NCBI GenBank assembly: GCA_051654925.1
Contig: JBOFYZ010000042.1
Span: forward strand, 6,315 to 70,314
DNA: 64,000 nt
Origin: Lachnospiraceae bacterium
GTDB taxonomy: Bacteria; Bacillota; Clostridia; Lachnospirales; Lachnospiraceae
Direction of reading: 5' to 3'
Position numbers and translations under genes: made by a program. The notes under the pieces are model-generated. The model worked only from the letters and a program-made list of their open reading frames with translations. It did not search any database and was not told where the DNA came from. Below are positions 46,899 through 57,462 of this stretch, piece by piece; position 1 is the stretch's first letter, and the number at the start of each line of letters is the position of its first letter.

Positions 46899-46989
46899 TG
46901 GCGGAGACGAAGGGATTCGAACCCCCGTGCCAGTCTCCCGGCAAATGCATTTCGAGTGCACCGCGTTATGACCACTTCGCTACGTCTCC
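46899..46989 (-). tRNA. tRNA-Ser (anticodon CGA), encoded CCA end
   Basis: The reverse complement folds as a cloverleaf. The acceptor GGAGACG pairs with CGTCTCC. The anticodon loop is CTCGAAA. There is a long variable arm, a GTTCGAATC T-loop and a 3' CCA. Confidence 0.9.
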
Positions 46990-47069
46990 CAATATTCATG
47001 TGTTGTGGCAAAATCAAGACACAACTCTGATATTATATCTCAAAATCTCCAAATTGTAAATGATATTTC

Positions 47070-48296
47070 TTACTGAATACCAAAATATTGATCGATGCCA
47101 TCGGCCACTCCGTTACCCAGCTTATCCAATGTTGATGCTGAATAGTCAGAGGCTTTGTCACCAAGCTCCAGATCGACGGATGCGATTGTTGAATAAGAGG
47201 TCTGGGTCAGATCCATCTCCATCGAACCGCCGGAAAAGATCTTCACCCCTGCCCCACGCAAACCAGCAATCAGGCTGTCACCCAGAGCATGATGCTTCTG
47301 CCAGTTAGATGCCACCGGTTCCATATTCCGATAGGAACTAACATTTGGCACACTCATATAAAAAGCACCTTTATCACTGGTGGTAGAATCCCAGTGCAGG
47401 GCGATATGGCAGTCGGCTTTATTATTGGCAATGACTGTTCTTGCTATATTATCCAGCTGGACATCATCAGTTTCCCGGATCATCAGGACATCATAACCTC
47501 TTGCCAGCAGCTTCTCCTTCAGCACAAGCGCCATGGAAAGAGTTACCTTCGCTTCCGCAGTACCGTCATTGAACTGCATTCCGCCGGATACTGCAACCGC
47601 TGTCGTAGCGCCGGCTGCGGTAGTTCCGCCGGTTACTTTCGGTGTTCCATCCGGATGACACTGGGTCTTCACACTGGATCCGCCTTTTGTACCATGACCG
47701 GCATTTACACAGATTACTTTGCCATTCCTGTTGGCGGCTTCCGAGCGGTACAAGACAGCTGCTCCTGTATTGATCTTGGAAAATCCGGCATACGTCCAGT
47801 CAGGATTGAGCTTCACTTCCTCACGTCCTTCCGAAGAAGAACTGCTTGTCTCAGCGGCTGCCTGAGTCTCCTCCAGCTTTGTTGTTGTCAGGTATCTTGA
47901 TGCGGCATAATATGTATTCTCCTGATAAATAATCTTGCTCCATTCCTCATTGTAGGCGATTCGCCGTACCTCTTCACCGGGTTTCAGCCGGCCAACCTGT
48001 GCTGCAGATGTAGTCGGTGCGGCCCGTACATTAAGATTCGTTGTCGCATACACAATTTCATCCCTTGCTTCCATGGACAATACCGTCTCGTTTGTCCGTT
48101 CAGCCTGCATCGAACTGCTCTCCACCTGATTCACATTGACAGCCTGCATTTCTGCATCGGCCTCCTGAGATATTGCTGCAGAAGATTCTTCTTCCACTGC
48201 TATTTTTTGATATTTTCCAGACTGGCAGCCCGTCATCATCAGACCGGCTGCCAACATCACACCCGCTATCTGCCATCCAGTATTCCATTTGATCAT
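47070..48296 (-). CDS. N-acetylmuramoyl-L-alanine amidase (Amidase_3-like) lipoprotein with SH3b domain
   Basis: Lipobox [10 protein letters not shown]3b-like [28 protein letters not shown]. Amidase region NAGHGTKGG and [10 protein letters not shown]. Confidence 0.7.
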   Translation of the reverse strand: MIKWNTGWQIAGVMLAAGLMMTGCQSGKYQKIAVEEESSAAISQEADAEMQAVNVNQVESSSMQAERTNETVLSMEARDEIVYATTNLNVRAAPTTSAAQVGRLKPGEEVRRIAYNEEWSKIIYQENTYYAASRYLTTTKLEETQAAAETSSSSSEGREEVKLNPDWTYAGFSKINTGAAVLYRSEAANRNGKVICVNAGHGTKGGSSVKTQCHPDGTPKVTGGTTAAGATTAVAVSGGMQFNDGTAEAKVTLSMALVLKEKLLARGYDVLMIRETDDVQLDNIARTVIANNKADCHIALHWDSTTSDKGAFYMSVPNVSSYRNMEPVASNWQKHHALGDSLIAGLRGAGVKIFSGGSMEMDLTQTSYSTIASVDLELGDKASDYSASTLDKLGNGVADGIDQYFGIQ

Positions 48297-49378
48297 CGAA
48301 TTGTTCCTCCGCCTACAACATAGTCACCATCATAAAACACCACTGCCTGTCCTGGAGTCACCGCCCGGACTGGTTCCATGAAACGGCATTCAACCAGATC
48401 CTCCCCGCTTTCGCAGATCATACAAAGTGCTCCGGGATGACTATATCTGATTTTTGCAGTTACCTGCATTTCTTTTCCATGCAATCCATCAATTGCCATC
48501 CAGTTCAGTTTATCACAAAGCAGTGAATCAGTAAAGACATCCTCCCCGCTCCCGATCACTACTTCATTGGTCGACGGTCTGATCGCTGTAACAAATACAG
48601 GATGTCCCATCGCAAGGTTCAGGCCCTTGCGCTGTCCGATTGTATAGTGGGCGATACCGGCATGCTGTCCGAGAATGTTCCCATCCTTATCAACAAAATT
48701 ACCGGGAGTAAACGCCTGATTCGTTTCCTCTTCAATAAACCGGGCATGATTATGATCGGGAATAAAACAGATCTCCTGGCTGTCCGGCTTATTGGCTATA
48801 TTCAGACCAATATCCCCGGCCATCTTTCGGATCTCATCTTTGGTGAATTCACCAACCGGCATTAACGTCCGGGAAAGCTGCTCCTGAGTCAGGTTATACA
48901 GGGCATAGGTCTGGTCTTTCGCTGCCGTCACTGACTTCTTCAGGGCATAGCGGCCATTCGGCAGCTGTTCAATCTGAGCATAATGTCCTGTGGCAATGTA
49001 ATCTGCTCCGATATCCATGCTTCGCTTCAGCAGCGACTCCCACTTTACATAGCGGTTGCAGGCAATACAGGGGTTCGGGGTCCGTCCCTTGAGATATTCT
49101 TCTACAAAATAATCAATTACATGGGACTGGAATTCCGACTTAAAGTTCATAACATAATAGGGTATCTCCAATTCCCAGGATACCCTTCTTGCATCATCGA
49201 CTGCACTTAAACCGCAGCAGCCGCCGTTCTCTTCCTGACACTGCTCGCTCTCATCCTGCCAGATCTGCATCGTCACGCCGATCACATCATATCCCTGCTG
49301 CTTTAAAAGCCAGGCGGCCACCGATGAATCGACGCCGCCTGACATTCCTACCACTACTGTTTTTCTGTCTGTTGCCAT
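48293..49378 (-). CDS. mnmA: tRNA 2-thiouridine(34) synthase MnmA
   Basis: PP-loop [10 protein letters not shown]; conserved NPCIACN and catalytic Cys regions. Confidence 0.9.
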   Translation of the reverse strand: MATDRKTVVVGMSGGVDSSVAAWLLKQQGYDVIGVTMQIWQDESEQCQEENGGCCGLSAVDDARRVSWELEIPYYVMNFKSEFQSHVIDYFVEEYLKGRTPNPCIACNRYVKWESLLKRSMDIGADYIATGHYAQIEQLPNGRYALKKSVTAAKDQTYALYNLTQEQLSRTLMPVGEFTKDEIRKMAGDIGLNIANKPDSQEICFIPDHNHARFIEEETNQAFTPGNFVDKDGNILGQHAGIAHYTIGQRKGLNLAMGHPVFVTAIRPSTNEVVIGSGEDVFTDSLLCDKLNWMAIDGLHGKEMQVTAKIRYSHPGALCMICESGEDLVECRFMEPVRAVTPGQAVVFYDGDYVVGGGTIR

Positions 49379-49815
49379 TAATATTCTTCCTCTTCCTCGT
49401 GCTCACCGATATCGGATTTTGGCTGCTGCAGCCCGTCGATCTCGATGCCATGCTTCTGCGCATAATCCCACAATGCAGCATGAATCGCTTCTTCTGCCAA
49501 TAAGGAACAGTGTACCTTAACGGGAGGTAATCCGTCAAGTGCTTCCATAACAGCTTTGTTGGTTACCTGCATGGCCTCCTGCACTGACTTGCCTTTGACC
49601 AGTTCTGTTGCCATACTGCTGGTTGCCACGGCAGCACCACAGCCGAATGTTTTAAATTTCACATCCTGAATAATCTGGTTGTCATCAATATCTAAATAAA
49701 TCCGCATGATATCGCCGCATTTGGCATTGCCTACGGTTCCCATACCGCTTGGATTTTCCAGTTCGCCGACATTCCTTGGATGTTCAAAATGATCCATTAC
49801 TTTTTCTGTATACAT
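49378..49815 (-). CDS. nifU: IscU/NifU-type Fe-S cluster scaffold
   Basis: Three scaffold Cys contexts: [14 protein letters not shown] and [10 protein letters not shown]. Confidence 0.9.
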   Translation of the reverse strand: MYTEKVMDHFEHPRNVGELENPSGMGTVGNAKCGDIMRIYLDIDDNQIIQDVKFKTFGCGAAVATSSMATELVKGKSVQEAMQVTNKAVMEALDGLPPVKVHCSLLAEEAIHAALWDYAQKHGIEIDGLQQPKSDIGEHEEEEEY

Positions 49816-49859
49816 GACTTTTTATTCTCCTTTTTACTAATTGGTACTTCTTTATATTC

Positions 49860-51044
49860 TTATGAACGCTGCTTTTTCATAAAGTCTTCATACAATGGTG
49901 ACATATTCCGCAGCCGTTCGACAATTGTTATGATATTTTCAACGACATAATCAATCTCTTCTTTGGTCGTCTCCTCACTTAACGTCAGACGCAAGGAGCC
50001 GTGGGCAATCTCATGGGGCAGCCCGATTGCCAGCAGCACATGGGACGGATCGAGCGATCCCGACGTACAGGCAGAACCGCTGGAACCGCAGATACCCTTG
50101 CTGTCCAGCATGATCAGCAGTGATTCCCCTTCTATAAAACGAAATGCAAAGTTAGCATTATTGGGAAGACGTCTCTCCGGGTGGCCGTTCAGCCGGGTGT
50201 AAGGCACCTGTTTCATCACCTGGCCAATCAGATAATCCCTTAACCGGGCCTCATAACGTTCACGTTCTTCCATCGTATCCATAGCAAGCTCAACCGCCTT
50301 GCCCAGGCCCACGATCCCCGGCACATTCTCGGTTCCGGCCCGGCGCTTGCGCTCCTGACCGCCGCCATGAATAAACGAACGCATCTTGATGCCGGTACGA
50401 ATATATATAAAGCCAATTCCCTTCGGGCCGTTGATCTTATGGCCGCTGGCGCTCAGCATATCAATGCCGTATTCATCAGCAGATATCGGCAGATGACCAT
50501 AGGCCTGCACCGCATCGGTATGGAAAAAGATTCCGTGCCGGTGTGCGATATCAGCAATTTCCTTAATCGGCTGAATGGTACCAATCTCATTGTTGGCAAA
50601 CATAATGGAGATCAAAATAGTGGTCGGACGAATCGCCCGCTCCAGTTCATCCAGTCTCACCACACCATGCTCATCTACATCCAGATAAGTGACTTCCACG
50701 CCATGCTGTTCCAAATAAGCACAGGTATGCATAATGGCATGGTGCTCGATTTTGCTGGTGATAATATGGTTGCCTTTATTTTTATATGCCTCTGCCATAG
50801 CGGTCAGAACCCAGTTGTCAGCTTCAGTCCCCCCAGCAGTAAAATAAATCTCATTTGTTTTAACTCCCAGCGACTTCGCAATGGTCTCACGGACCTGATT
50901 GACGGCCTGCCTGGCCGGAGTTGAAAATTCGTACACAGACGAAGGATTGCCGTAATGTTCGCTGAAGTAAGGTATCATGGCCTCTACTACTTCCGGCTTG
51001 GTTCTGGTTGTTGCCGCATTATCTAAATATATTGAATGTTTCAT
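49860..51044 (-). CDS. nifS: Cysteine desulfurase NifS/IscS type
   Basis: YLDNAATT, PLP-Lys SGHKINGPKG, and active-site loop SSGSACTS. Start at the ATG behind a GGTGG RBS. Confidence 0.9.
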   Translation of the reverse strand: MKHSIYLDNAATTRTKPEVVEAMIPYFSEHYGNPSSVYEFSTPARQAVNQVRETIAKSLGVKTNEIYFTAGGTEADNWVLTAMAEAYKNKGNHIITSKIEHHAIMHTCAYLEQHGVEVTYLDVDEHGVVRLDELERAIRPTTILISIMFANNEIGTIQPIKEIADIAHRHGIFFHTDAVQAYGHLPISADEYGIDMLSASGHKINGPKGIGFIYIRTGIKMRSFIHGGGQERKRRAGTENVPGIVGLGKAVELAMDTMEERERYEARLRDYLIGQVMKQVPYTRLNGHPERRLPNNANFAFRFIEGESLLIMLDSKGICGSSGSACTSGSLDPSHVLLAIGLPHEIAHGSLRLTLSEETTKEEIDYVVENIITIVERLRNMSPLYEDFMKKQRS

Positions 51045-51210
51045 ATGCAAATCCACCTTTCTGGAATATTTTCATAATTGATTTTTATTATACTATTCAA
51101 TCTCTAGTATTTCAATATGAATTAAACATATTTTCTCAACATAATATCATATGCAGCAAAACTTAGTCGATTCAATACCGGACAAACTATGGCTTTTATG
51201 AATAGTTACG

Positions 51211-51663
51211 TTATTTTTGTTTTCCCCAATATTTAATGATCTTTTTAATTCCTGTGCCTAACTCGATAAAAAATACGTCTTTTTGCTGCGCCCATTCATC
51301 AAGATAATCAATTCGCAAATAATCTTGCTTTCTTCTTGTACTTGTCCCCTCACCATGATAAATATAGAGATTGGAAAAAAGACCAAGGAACGTTATAATT
51401 GCAGCAACCAGACCTTGTTCGCCAGAGAACAGCTCCGCTTTCGCGCCCTCATCAGCTGTACTGGACAGAATACGCATATTCTTGATTTTCGCAAGCGGCA
51501 GGAAAAAATATTCAGTATACGTGTCATCGTAATTATCTTCCAACACAAACAGGTAACATTGCGTCAGTATCAGGCTGCAGACACAGTCCGGATAGGTATC
51601 ATCTGGCGGCACCAGCCTCGCCTCTGATTGTCTGATTACTTTATGTCCTTTATATTGCTGCAT
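51211..51663 (-). CDS. Hypothetical 150-aa protein with one central hydrophobic segment
   Basis: Clean ORF. No motif recognised. GLVAAIITFLGLFSNLYIY may be a TM segment. Confidence 0.5.
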   Translation of the reverse strand: MQQYKGHKVIRQSEARLVPPDDTYPDCVCSLILTQCYLFVLEDNYDDTYTEYFFLPLAKIKNMRILSSTADEGAKAELFSGEQGLVAAIITFLGLFSNLYIYHGEGTSTRRKQDYLRIDYLDEWAQQKDVFFIELGTGIKKIIKYWGKQK

Positions 51664-52120
51664 CTGGTCATTTGTCCTCCGTATGGTCTGTCTTAAAATT
51701 CTGCTTCACAAGCATGTTATCCCCTTATTCTCTGCCACGTTTTACCAAACGCATAGTACCATTAATTGTACTATATCTTTTAAGCGCTCACAAGTGAAAA
51801 TCTAACTCTGTTTACTTCCGCAGCCAAGTTCCCATAAAATGGGCCCCCTGGATGTCTGTAGATTCAGACTTATGTCTAAATTATAACACCAATTCTACGC
51901 AAATAAAACACCACTTTTGCCGCTGTTTTTCTCTAAGAATATCATCAATATTGTCCGCAGAAATAAATCCACATGATTTTCTTATTTTTTGATTGCACGG
52001 TTTTTGCTGCGGTCAATGACTTCATCAAAAGTATAAGAGCAATATTCGTGTCAACTGAATGATTTTTTTTAAACCTGGGGAGAATAATGAAACAAAAATG
52101 TGTAAAGGTAGGTAATCCCT

Positions 52121-54172
52121 ATGAAAAACGCAACGAGAGTACCCAATCGGTTGATAAATGAAAAGTCCCCTTATCTCTTGCAGCACGTGTACAACCCTGT
52201 AGATTGGTGGCCATGGTGTGAGGAAGCCTTTGCCAAAGCAAAAGTTGAGGATAAGCCAGTTTTCCTTTCTATCGGCTATTCCTCCTGTCATTGGTGCCAC
52301 GTAATGGAACAGGAATCCTTTGAAGACAAGGAAGTGGCGACCCTTTTAAACCAGAACTTTATCTGTATTAAAGTTGATCGGGAGGAACGCCCTGATATCG
52401 ACTCGGTCTATATGTCTGTCTGCCAGGCTCTGACGCGAAGCGGTGGCTGGCCCTTAACAATTATCATGACACCGGAGCAGCATCCTTTTTATGCTGCTAC
52501 CTATCTCCCCAAATATAATAAATATGGTTCCATGGGTTTGATGGAACTTTTACCACAGATCAGCAGGCTCTGGAGGACTCAAAAGAATGTTTTAACAGAA
52601 CGCGGAGACCATATCTGCAGCTACTTACTGCAATCTGGCGAAGATTCTGCCTGTGAGGAAATACCGCAGACTGCACTGCTGGAAGAAGCCGTGATTACTC
52701 TGGTCAGCGGCTTTGACAAAACAAACGGGGGCTTTCATGCTGCACCCAAATTCCCTTCTCCCCATGTACTTTTGTTTCTGCTTCGTTTTGCGGTGGAAAA
52801 GCAGAGTAAGGAAAGTGACGATCTGCTGCGAATGGTAACCAAAACTCTGGATCACATGTTTCGCGGCGGTATCTTTGACCACATTGGCGGAGGTTTTTCC
52901 CGCTATTCCACTGATGATAAATGGCTGGTGCCACATTTTGAGAAAATGCTCTATGATAATGCGCTTCTGGCTTATTTATATTTGGAAGCATATCAGTTTA
53001 CGGAGAAAGAACACTATCGGCAGGTTGCTGTACGGACTCTCGATTATATGCTGAAAGAACTCCGCGGTGAAGACGGTGGCTTTTGCTGCGGCCAGGATGC
53101 TGACAGTGAAGGAGTTGAAGGAAAATATTATGTTTTTACACCGGACGAAGTAAAAAAAGTACTTGGTCAGGAAGACGGCAATTATTTCTGCAGCTGGTTT
53201 TCTGTGACTGAGCAGGGAAACTTTGAAGGAAAAAGCATCCTGAATTTGCTTGAAAATGCTGATTTTGAGCGAATACCAGAGAATTTGCCGGTATTGCTGA
53301 ATAAGATGTATCAGTATCGCCTGAATCGTTACAGGCTTCACAGGGATGACAAAATACTGACCTCATGGAATGGACTGGCGATTTCTGCCTTCGCGAAAGC
53401 ATATCTGGTTCTGGGGGAAGAAAGATACTATGCTGCAGCTGTTGAAACGAGGGATTTCATCAAAGAAAAGCTAACTGATAAAGACGGCAGGCTCTATGTC
53501 CGCTACCGGGATAGCGAATCAGCGGGCATTGGTATGCTGGATGATTACGCCTTTTACAGCTGGGGGCTTCTGGAGCTATATCAATGCCAATATGATCTTA
53601 CCTGTTTGGAAGACGCCATTGTTCTTACCGATATCATGCATACCTATTTTTACGATATGAAAGCCGGTGGTTATTTTTTGAATGCTTCTTACAATGACGC
53701 TCTGATCAGCCGGCCAAAGGAGCTCTACGACGGGGCTCTGCCATCAGGAAATAGTATAGCTGCTCTTATTTTGGTTCAGCTCTCACATGTAACAGGCGAT
53801 CAGAATCAAGAAGCCTCTGCCTATCAGCAGTTAAGTTTTCTCGCTGGCCGAATCAAAGACTATCCCGCCGGATATACTGCCGCATTAACTGCAATGTTAC
53901 CGGTTCTTTATGAATCTGTTCAGATTGTCTGTACTGCCGAAGAATTACCTGATTGGAAAGAGCTTCACCATATCCTTGTCAGTGAAAAATTATTGAATCT
54001 TACTTTTTTAGTGAAAACCAGAGCAACAGAAAAGGGGTTATCCTGTCTTGCACCATTTACAAAGGACTATCCCATCATGAAGAGTAAAACTGCATTTTAT
54101 GTTTGTAAAAATCATTCCTGTTTAGCTCCTGTGTATTCGCTTGAAGAACTGCAAAGGCTGCTGAAAAAATAA
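52121..54172 (+). CDS. Thioredoxin-domain protein of the YyaL/DUF255 (SSP411-like) family
   Basis: N-terminal [14 protein letters not shown] thioredoxin-like motif, then a long alpha/alpha-barrel-like C-terminal region. Confidence 0.85.
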   Translation: MKNATRVPNRLINEKSPYLLQHVYNPVDWWPWCEEAFAKAKVEDKPVFLSIGYSSCHWCHVMEQESFEDKEVATLLNQNFICIKVDREERPDIDSVYMSVCQALTRSGGWPLTIIMTPEQHPFYAATYLPKYNKYGSMGLMELLPQISRLWRTQKNVLTERGDHICSYLLQSGEDSACEEIPQTALLEEAVITLVSGFDKTNGGFHAAPKFPSPHVLLFLLRFAVEKQSKESDDLLRMVTKTLDHMFRGGIFDHIGGGFSRYSTDDKWLVPHFEKMLYDNALLAYLYLEAYQFTEKEHYRQVAVRTLDYMLKELRGEDGGFCCGQDADSEGVEGKYYVFTPDEVKKVLGQEDGNYFCSWFSVTEQGNFEGKSILNLLENADFERIPENLPVLLNKMYQYRLNRYRLHRDDKILTSWNGLAISAFAKAYLVLGEERYYAAAVETRDFIKEKLTDKDGRLYVRYRDSESAGIGMLDDYAFYSWGLLELYQCQYDLTCLEDAIVLTDIMHTYFYDMKAGGYFLNASYNDALISRPKELYDGALPSGNSIAALILVQLSHVTGDQNQEASAYQQLSFLAGRIKDYPAGYTAALTAMLPVLYESVQIVCTAEELPDWKELHHILVSEKLLNLTFLVKTRATEKGLSCLAPFTKDYPIMKSKTAFYVCKNHSCLAPVYSLEELQRLLKK

Positions 54173-54181
54173 GCAGCATGG

Positions 54182-55090
54182 TCAATGCAAACAACACCAA
54201 TAATCCCCCGCCAACTTCACAAACCGTCTTGCCGCATCACTTAAATAACAATTCTTCTTATAACTGGCGGTGATATCCCAGGTCGGATGCTGGGGCAGAC
54301 AAAAAAAGTCCACTTCATCCGCCCGCTGTGTGATATAAGAAGGCACAATGCCGCAGCACAGGTTCGAAGCTACCATATCAATAATCGTATGAGCACGGGC
54401 GGTTTCAAACAAAACGTTCGGTACAAATCCGGCCTTCCTGAAAATCTGGTCTGTAATATCAAAAACCGTCGATTCGCGATACATCAGCGCAAACGGCTCA
54501 TAACGCAAATGGGTTAATTCCAGTTCCGGATAAGGGCTTGATTCTTTTTCACTGAGCCGGCCCGCCGGATGACCAACCGGCACTGCCAAAACCAGTTCCT
54601 CCGAACAGATGTGAATATATTCATCTTCTGTTTTCTGATGATCACTCAATGTCAGAAAACCAATATCCAGTTCACCTTTCGCAATCAACGTCTGTTGTCT
54701 CCTGACACTTGCTTCAACTACATTAATGACTATCTCCGGATACTCCTTATGAAACAGCGGATATACTGCCCGAAACATAGCCGTTCCTCGTTCCGGCGGA
54801 AAACCAATCGCCAGAGTGCCTTTGCGGATCTCAGCAATATCCTGCAGCCGATGATAGGTTTCGCGCTTCATACGCAGCATTTCCCGGGCCGCCTCCAGAT
54901 ACACCTCTCCCGCTGCCGTTGGTGTCCAGCCAGATCTGTCCCGATAAAACAAAGGCGCGCCCAGTTCATCCTCCAAATGCAGCAAGTGCTGATTTAGGGC
55001 GGATGGTGTAATAAATAACTTTTCCGCTGCTTTGGACATGCTTTTCTCTTCTGCGATCTTCACGATATACTCAATACTTTTCAAATTCAC
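54182..55090 (-). CDS. LysR-family transcriptional regulator
   Basis: N-terminal wHTH IVKIAEEKSMSKAAEKLFITPSALNQHLLHLEDELG plus a substrate-binding domain. Confidence 0.85.
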   Translation of the reverse strand: MNLKSIEYIVKIAEEKSMSKAAEKLFITPSALNQHLLHLEDELGAPLFYRDRSGWTPTAAGEVYLEAAREMLRMKRETYHRLQDIAEIRKGTLAIGFPPERGTAMFRAVYPLFHKEYPEIVINVVEASVRRQQTLIAKGELDIGFLTLSDHQKTEDEYIHICSEELVLAVPVGHPAGRLSEKESSPYPELELTHLRYEPFALMYRESTVFDITDQIFRKAGFVPNVLFETARAHTIIDMVASNLCCGIVPSYITQRADEVDFFCLPQHPTWDITASYKKNCYLSDAARRFVKLAGDYWCCLH

Positions 55091-55213
55091 GACGTCTTCT
55101 CCTCATTTTCATTTAAAAAAATTAATTGAACAGTTAATTTTGTGAGATTCACTTAACTGAGATTTTCTGTTATAGTTGAATTATTATCATCTTATTATTA
55201 TAGGGGGATTGTG

Positions 55214-56131
55214 ATGAACATCAGACAAATTGAGTATATTCTGAAAATAGCCGAAGAGCGTAATATTACCCGGGCAGCTGAAAAGCTGTTCATTTCACAA
55301 CCGGCATTAAATAAGCATTTACTTTTACTTGAAGATGAATTGGGTACCAAAATCTTTCACCGCTCCCGCTCCGACTGGCACCCCACCGAAGCCGGCAACG
55401 TGTATTTAGAAAGTGCGCAAAAAATACTTCAGATCAAGCGAGAGGCTTATCGTGTGCTTAATGATATGGTAACCGGAAAGATGGGCGAGTTGTCAATCGG
55501 ATTTACCCCTGGACGTGGCAGTGAGATGTTCTCCTATGTATATCCGAAATTTTACAGTGAATACCCGGATATTATCTTAACGCCTCATGAATTAAGTGTC
55601 CGCCGGCAGCAGGCATTAATTGCCCGCGGCGAGCTGGATTTAGGTTTTCTGACCTTATGCGACAAACACCGCACCAGCGACGAATACATACCGCTCAGTA
55701 AAGAAGAAATCTTTTTGGCTCTGCCTAAAAAACATCCGCTCAGCCACTATGAAACCGACGTTGAATTTGCTACGATGGATATTTCCGCGGTCCAGTACGA
55801 ACCGTTCGTTCTGATGTATCCGGAATCAACCATCCGGTTATTAGTTGATGATATTTTTGAACAGTCCGGTTTTGACCCCTGCGTGTTATTTGAAACCTCC
55901 AGTACCAATACTATTTTAACAATGATCCGCTCCAGTCTCTGCTGTGGTTTGATTCCATATCATTATATCAAAAAAAGGCCGGAAGGAATAGCCTGCTTCT
56001 CGCTTCCTTCCCGCCCCACTTGGGATATTGTTGTATCATATCCAAAAGGCTGTTATCTCACCCAGGCCGCTAAATTTTTTATTGAACTCGCCAAGGAATT
56101 CTATTCTGATGATATCGCCAGGTTACCCTGA
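55214..56131 (+). CDS. LysR-family transcriptional regulator (paralog of 54182-55090)
   Basis: ILKIAEERNITRAAEKLFISQPALNKHLLLLEDELG. Roughly half the residues appear identical to the divergent neighbour by eye. Confidence 0.85.
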   Translation: MNIRQIEYILKIAEERNITRAAEKLFISQPALNKHLLLLEDELGTKIFHRSRSDWHPTEAGNVYLESAQKILQIKREAYRVLNDMVTGKMGELSIGFTPGRGSEMFSYVYPKFYSEYPDIILTPHELSVRRQQALIARGELDLGFLTLCDKHRTSDEYIPLSKEEIFLALPKKHPLSHYETDVEFATMDISAVQYEPFVLMYPESTIRLLVDDIFEQSGFDPCVLFETSSTNTILTMIRSSLCCGLIPYHYIKKRPEGIACFSLPSRPTWDIVVSYPKGCYLTQAAKFFIELAKEFYSDDIARLP

Positions 56132-57436
56132 CCGAATCGGGGTTTTAATATTTCCCGCTTCATCAAATTCAAGCGGCATCGGCCGATCCAGCGCTGTTAC
56201 ACCGGGATATTTACCGGCCACAACATCCTCATAATACGCTTTCGAAAGCATAATTGCATCAATATGCAAGCTATTTGGAATTCTGACCAGTCTCGCATGA
56301 TTCTGGTCAATTTTATTGCAGGTACGGATGCATATCTGGATTGCTTCCCTGTCACTGGCAACAACACAGGGAATCCGGGCCGATGCCAGCACCGTACTGG
56401 TGATACAGTTCGGATACATCACCTCAATATCCATGTGATCAAAAATCTTTTTCGTGATCGCACTAGCCAGACCACATCCCAGCGCATTGCCATGTGATGC
56501 TTCACTCAGGTTCAGGAAACAAGTCCGCTGAACCTTGATTCCGCCGCTGGCATAAGGGGTGGAAAACGTACCAGTAATATTGGGATCAACTCCGGTTCCG
56601 CTATAATTCTTGCCAATCTCGTCGACGATCAGAACATCCGTCTCGCCGACAATCAAATTTGGCATATTCGAGAACGCATATTTTAATAACTCCGGTTCAC
56701 GTTTCAAAATATCTTTTGCCAGTATAGCTTCTATTTTACATGTTTCATCATAGGCATTTTCGATACAGGGAATCGCAAATAGTATTTTGGCCTTCTCTAA
56801 TACTACCTTAGCCATCGTAGGGATATTCTGCGCGATGACATCCATACCGTCACTATGCACCACCGAAGCACCGACCTGTTTGCCAAGACCGACCGTCATC
56901 ATTTTACACGGACCGCTCTCATAGTCACCGCGAAAAGCGTTATGCGGTTTTAAGCGGCAGGAAATAATAATGCCGTCGGCCTGATAGGCATACCTGTCAA
57001 TCGCAACTCTTCTGTCCCGCTCTGAATATCCTAATTCGACCACTTCCATCGTTGCTTTGACCGGACATCCCATGCTCGCTTCGGTAATGTTATAGCCGGC
57101 CAGAACTTCCATCTGACCCTCGGCCGTTGCACCGCCGTGACTGCCCATTGCCGGCACAATAAACGGATCGGCACCCCGGGATTTGACAAAATCAACAATT
57201 GCTTTTGTAATAATGTCAACATTACGGATGCCCCGGCTGCCGGCGGTAATGGCAATACTCATGCCGGGCCGGATCAGAGCAGAAAAACATTCCTGCTCTA
57301 ATTCAGCTGCAACAACGGCCGGAATCTGTTCCGGCTGTATCACTTCCCGCACAAACGTCTGCGAAGCCCGAAACATTTCAGGGATTTTAATATCTTTCAG
57401 CAATCCCGATACAGTGCCGCCATTTACTACTTTCAT
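56123..57436 (-). CDS. LarA-like (lactate racemase domain, formerly DUF2088) protein
   Basis: By-eye alignment to L. plantarum LarA as I recall it: IAITAGSRGI...IITKAIV vs ISSDHTRPVPSHIITPIL; AMGSHGG vs ATGFHRP; RLKPHNAFRGDYESGPCK vs IESHFFAGFSGGRK. The two His residues and a Lys appear positionally conserved. Confidence 0.55.
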   Translation of the reverse strand: MKVVNGGTVSGLLKDIKIPEMFRASQTFVREVIQPEQIPAVVAAELEQECFSALIRPGMSIAITAGSRGIRNVDIITKAIVDFVKSRGADPFIVPAMGSHGGATAEGQMEVLAGYNITEASMGCPVKATMEVVELGYSERDRRVAIDRYAYQADGIIISCRLKPHNAFRGDYESGPCKMMTVGLGKQVGASVVHSDGMDVIAQNIPTMAKVVLEKAKILFAIPCIENAYDETCKIEAILAKDILKREPELLKYAFSNMPNLIVGETDVLIVDEIGKNYSGTGVDPNITGTFSTPYASGGIKVQRTCFLNLSEASHGNALGCGLASAITKKIFDHMDIEVMYPNCITSTVLASARIPCVVASDREAIQICIRTCNKIDQNHARLVRIPNSLHIDAIMLSKAYYEDVVAGKYPGVTALDRPMPLEFDEAGNIKTPIRSG

Positions 57437-57462
57437 TGTATTAGATCCTTTCCCCTTCGTTA

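Noticed and set aside
52025-52300. 91-aa minus-strand ORF overlapping the start of the YyaL-like gene
   Set aside because: It is antisense to a strongly supported gene, with no RBS or motif.
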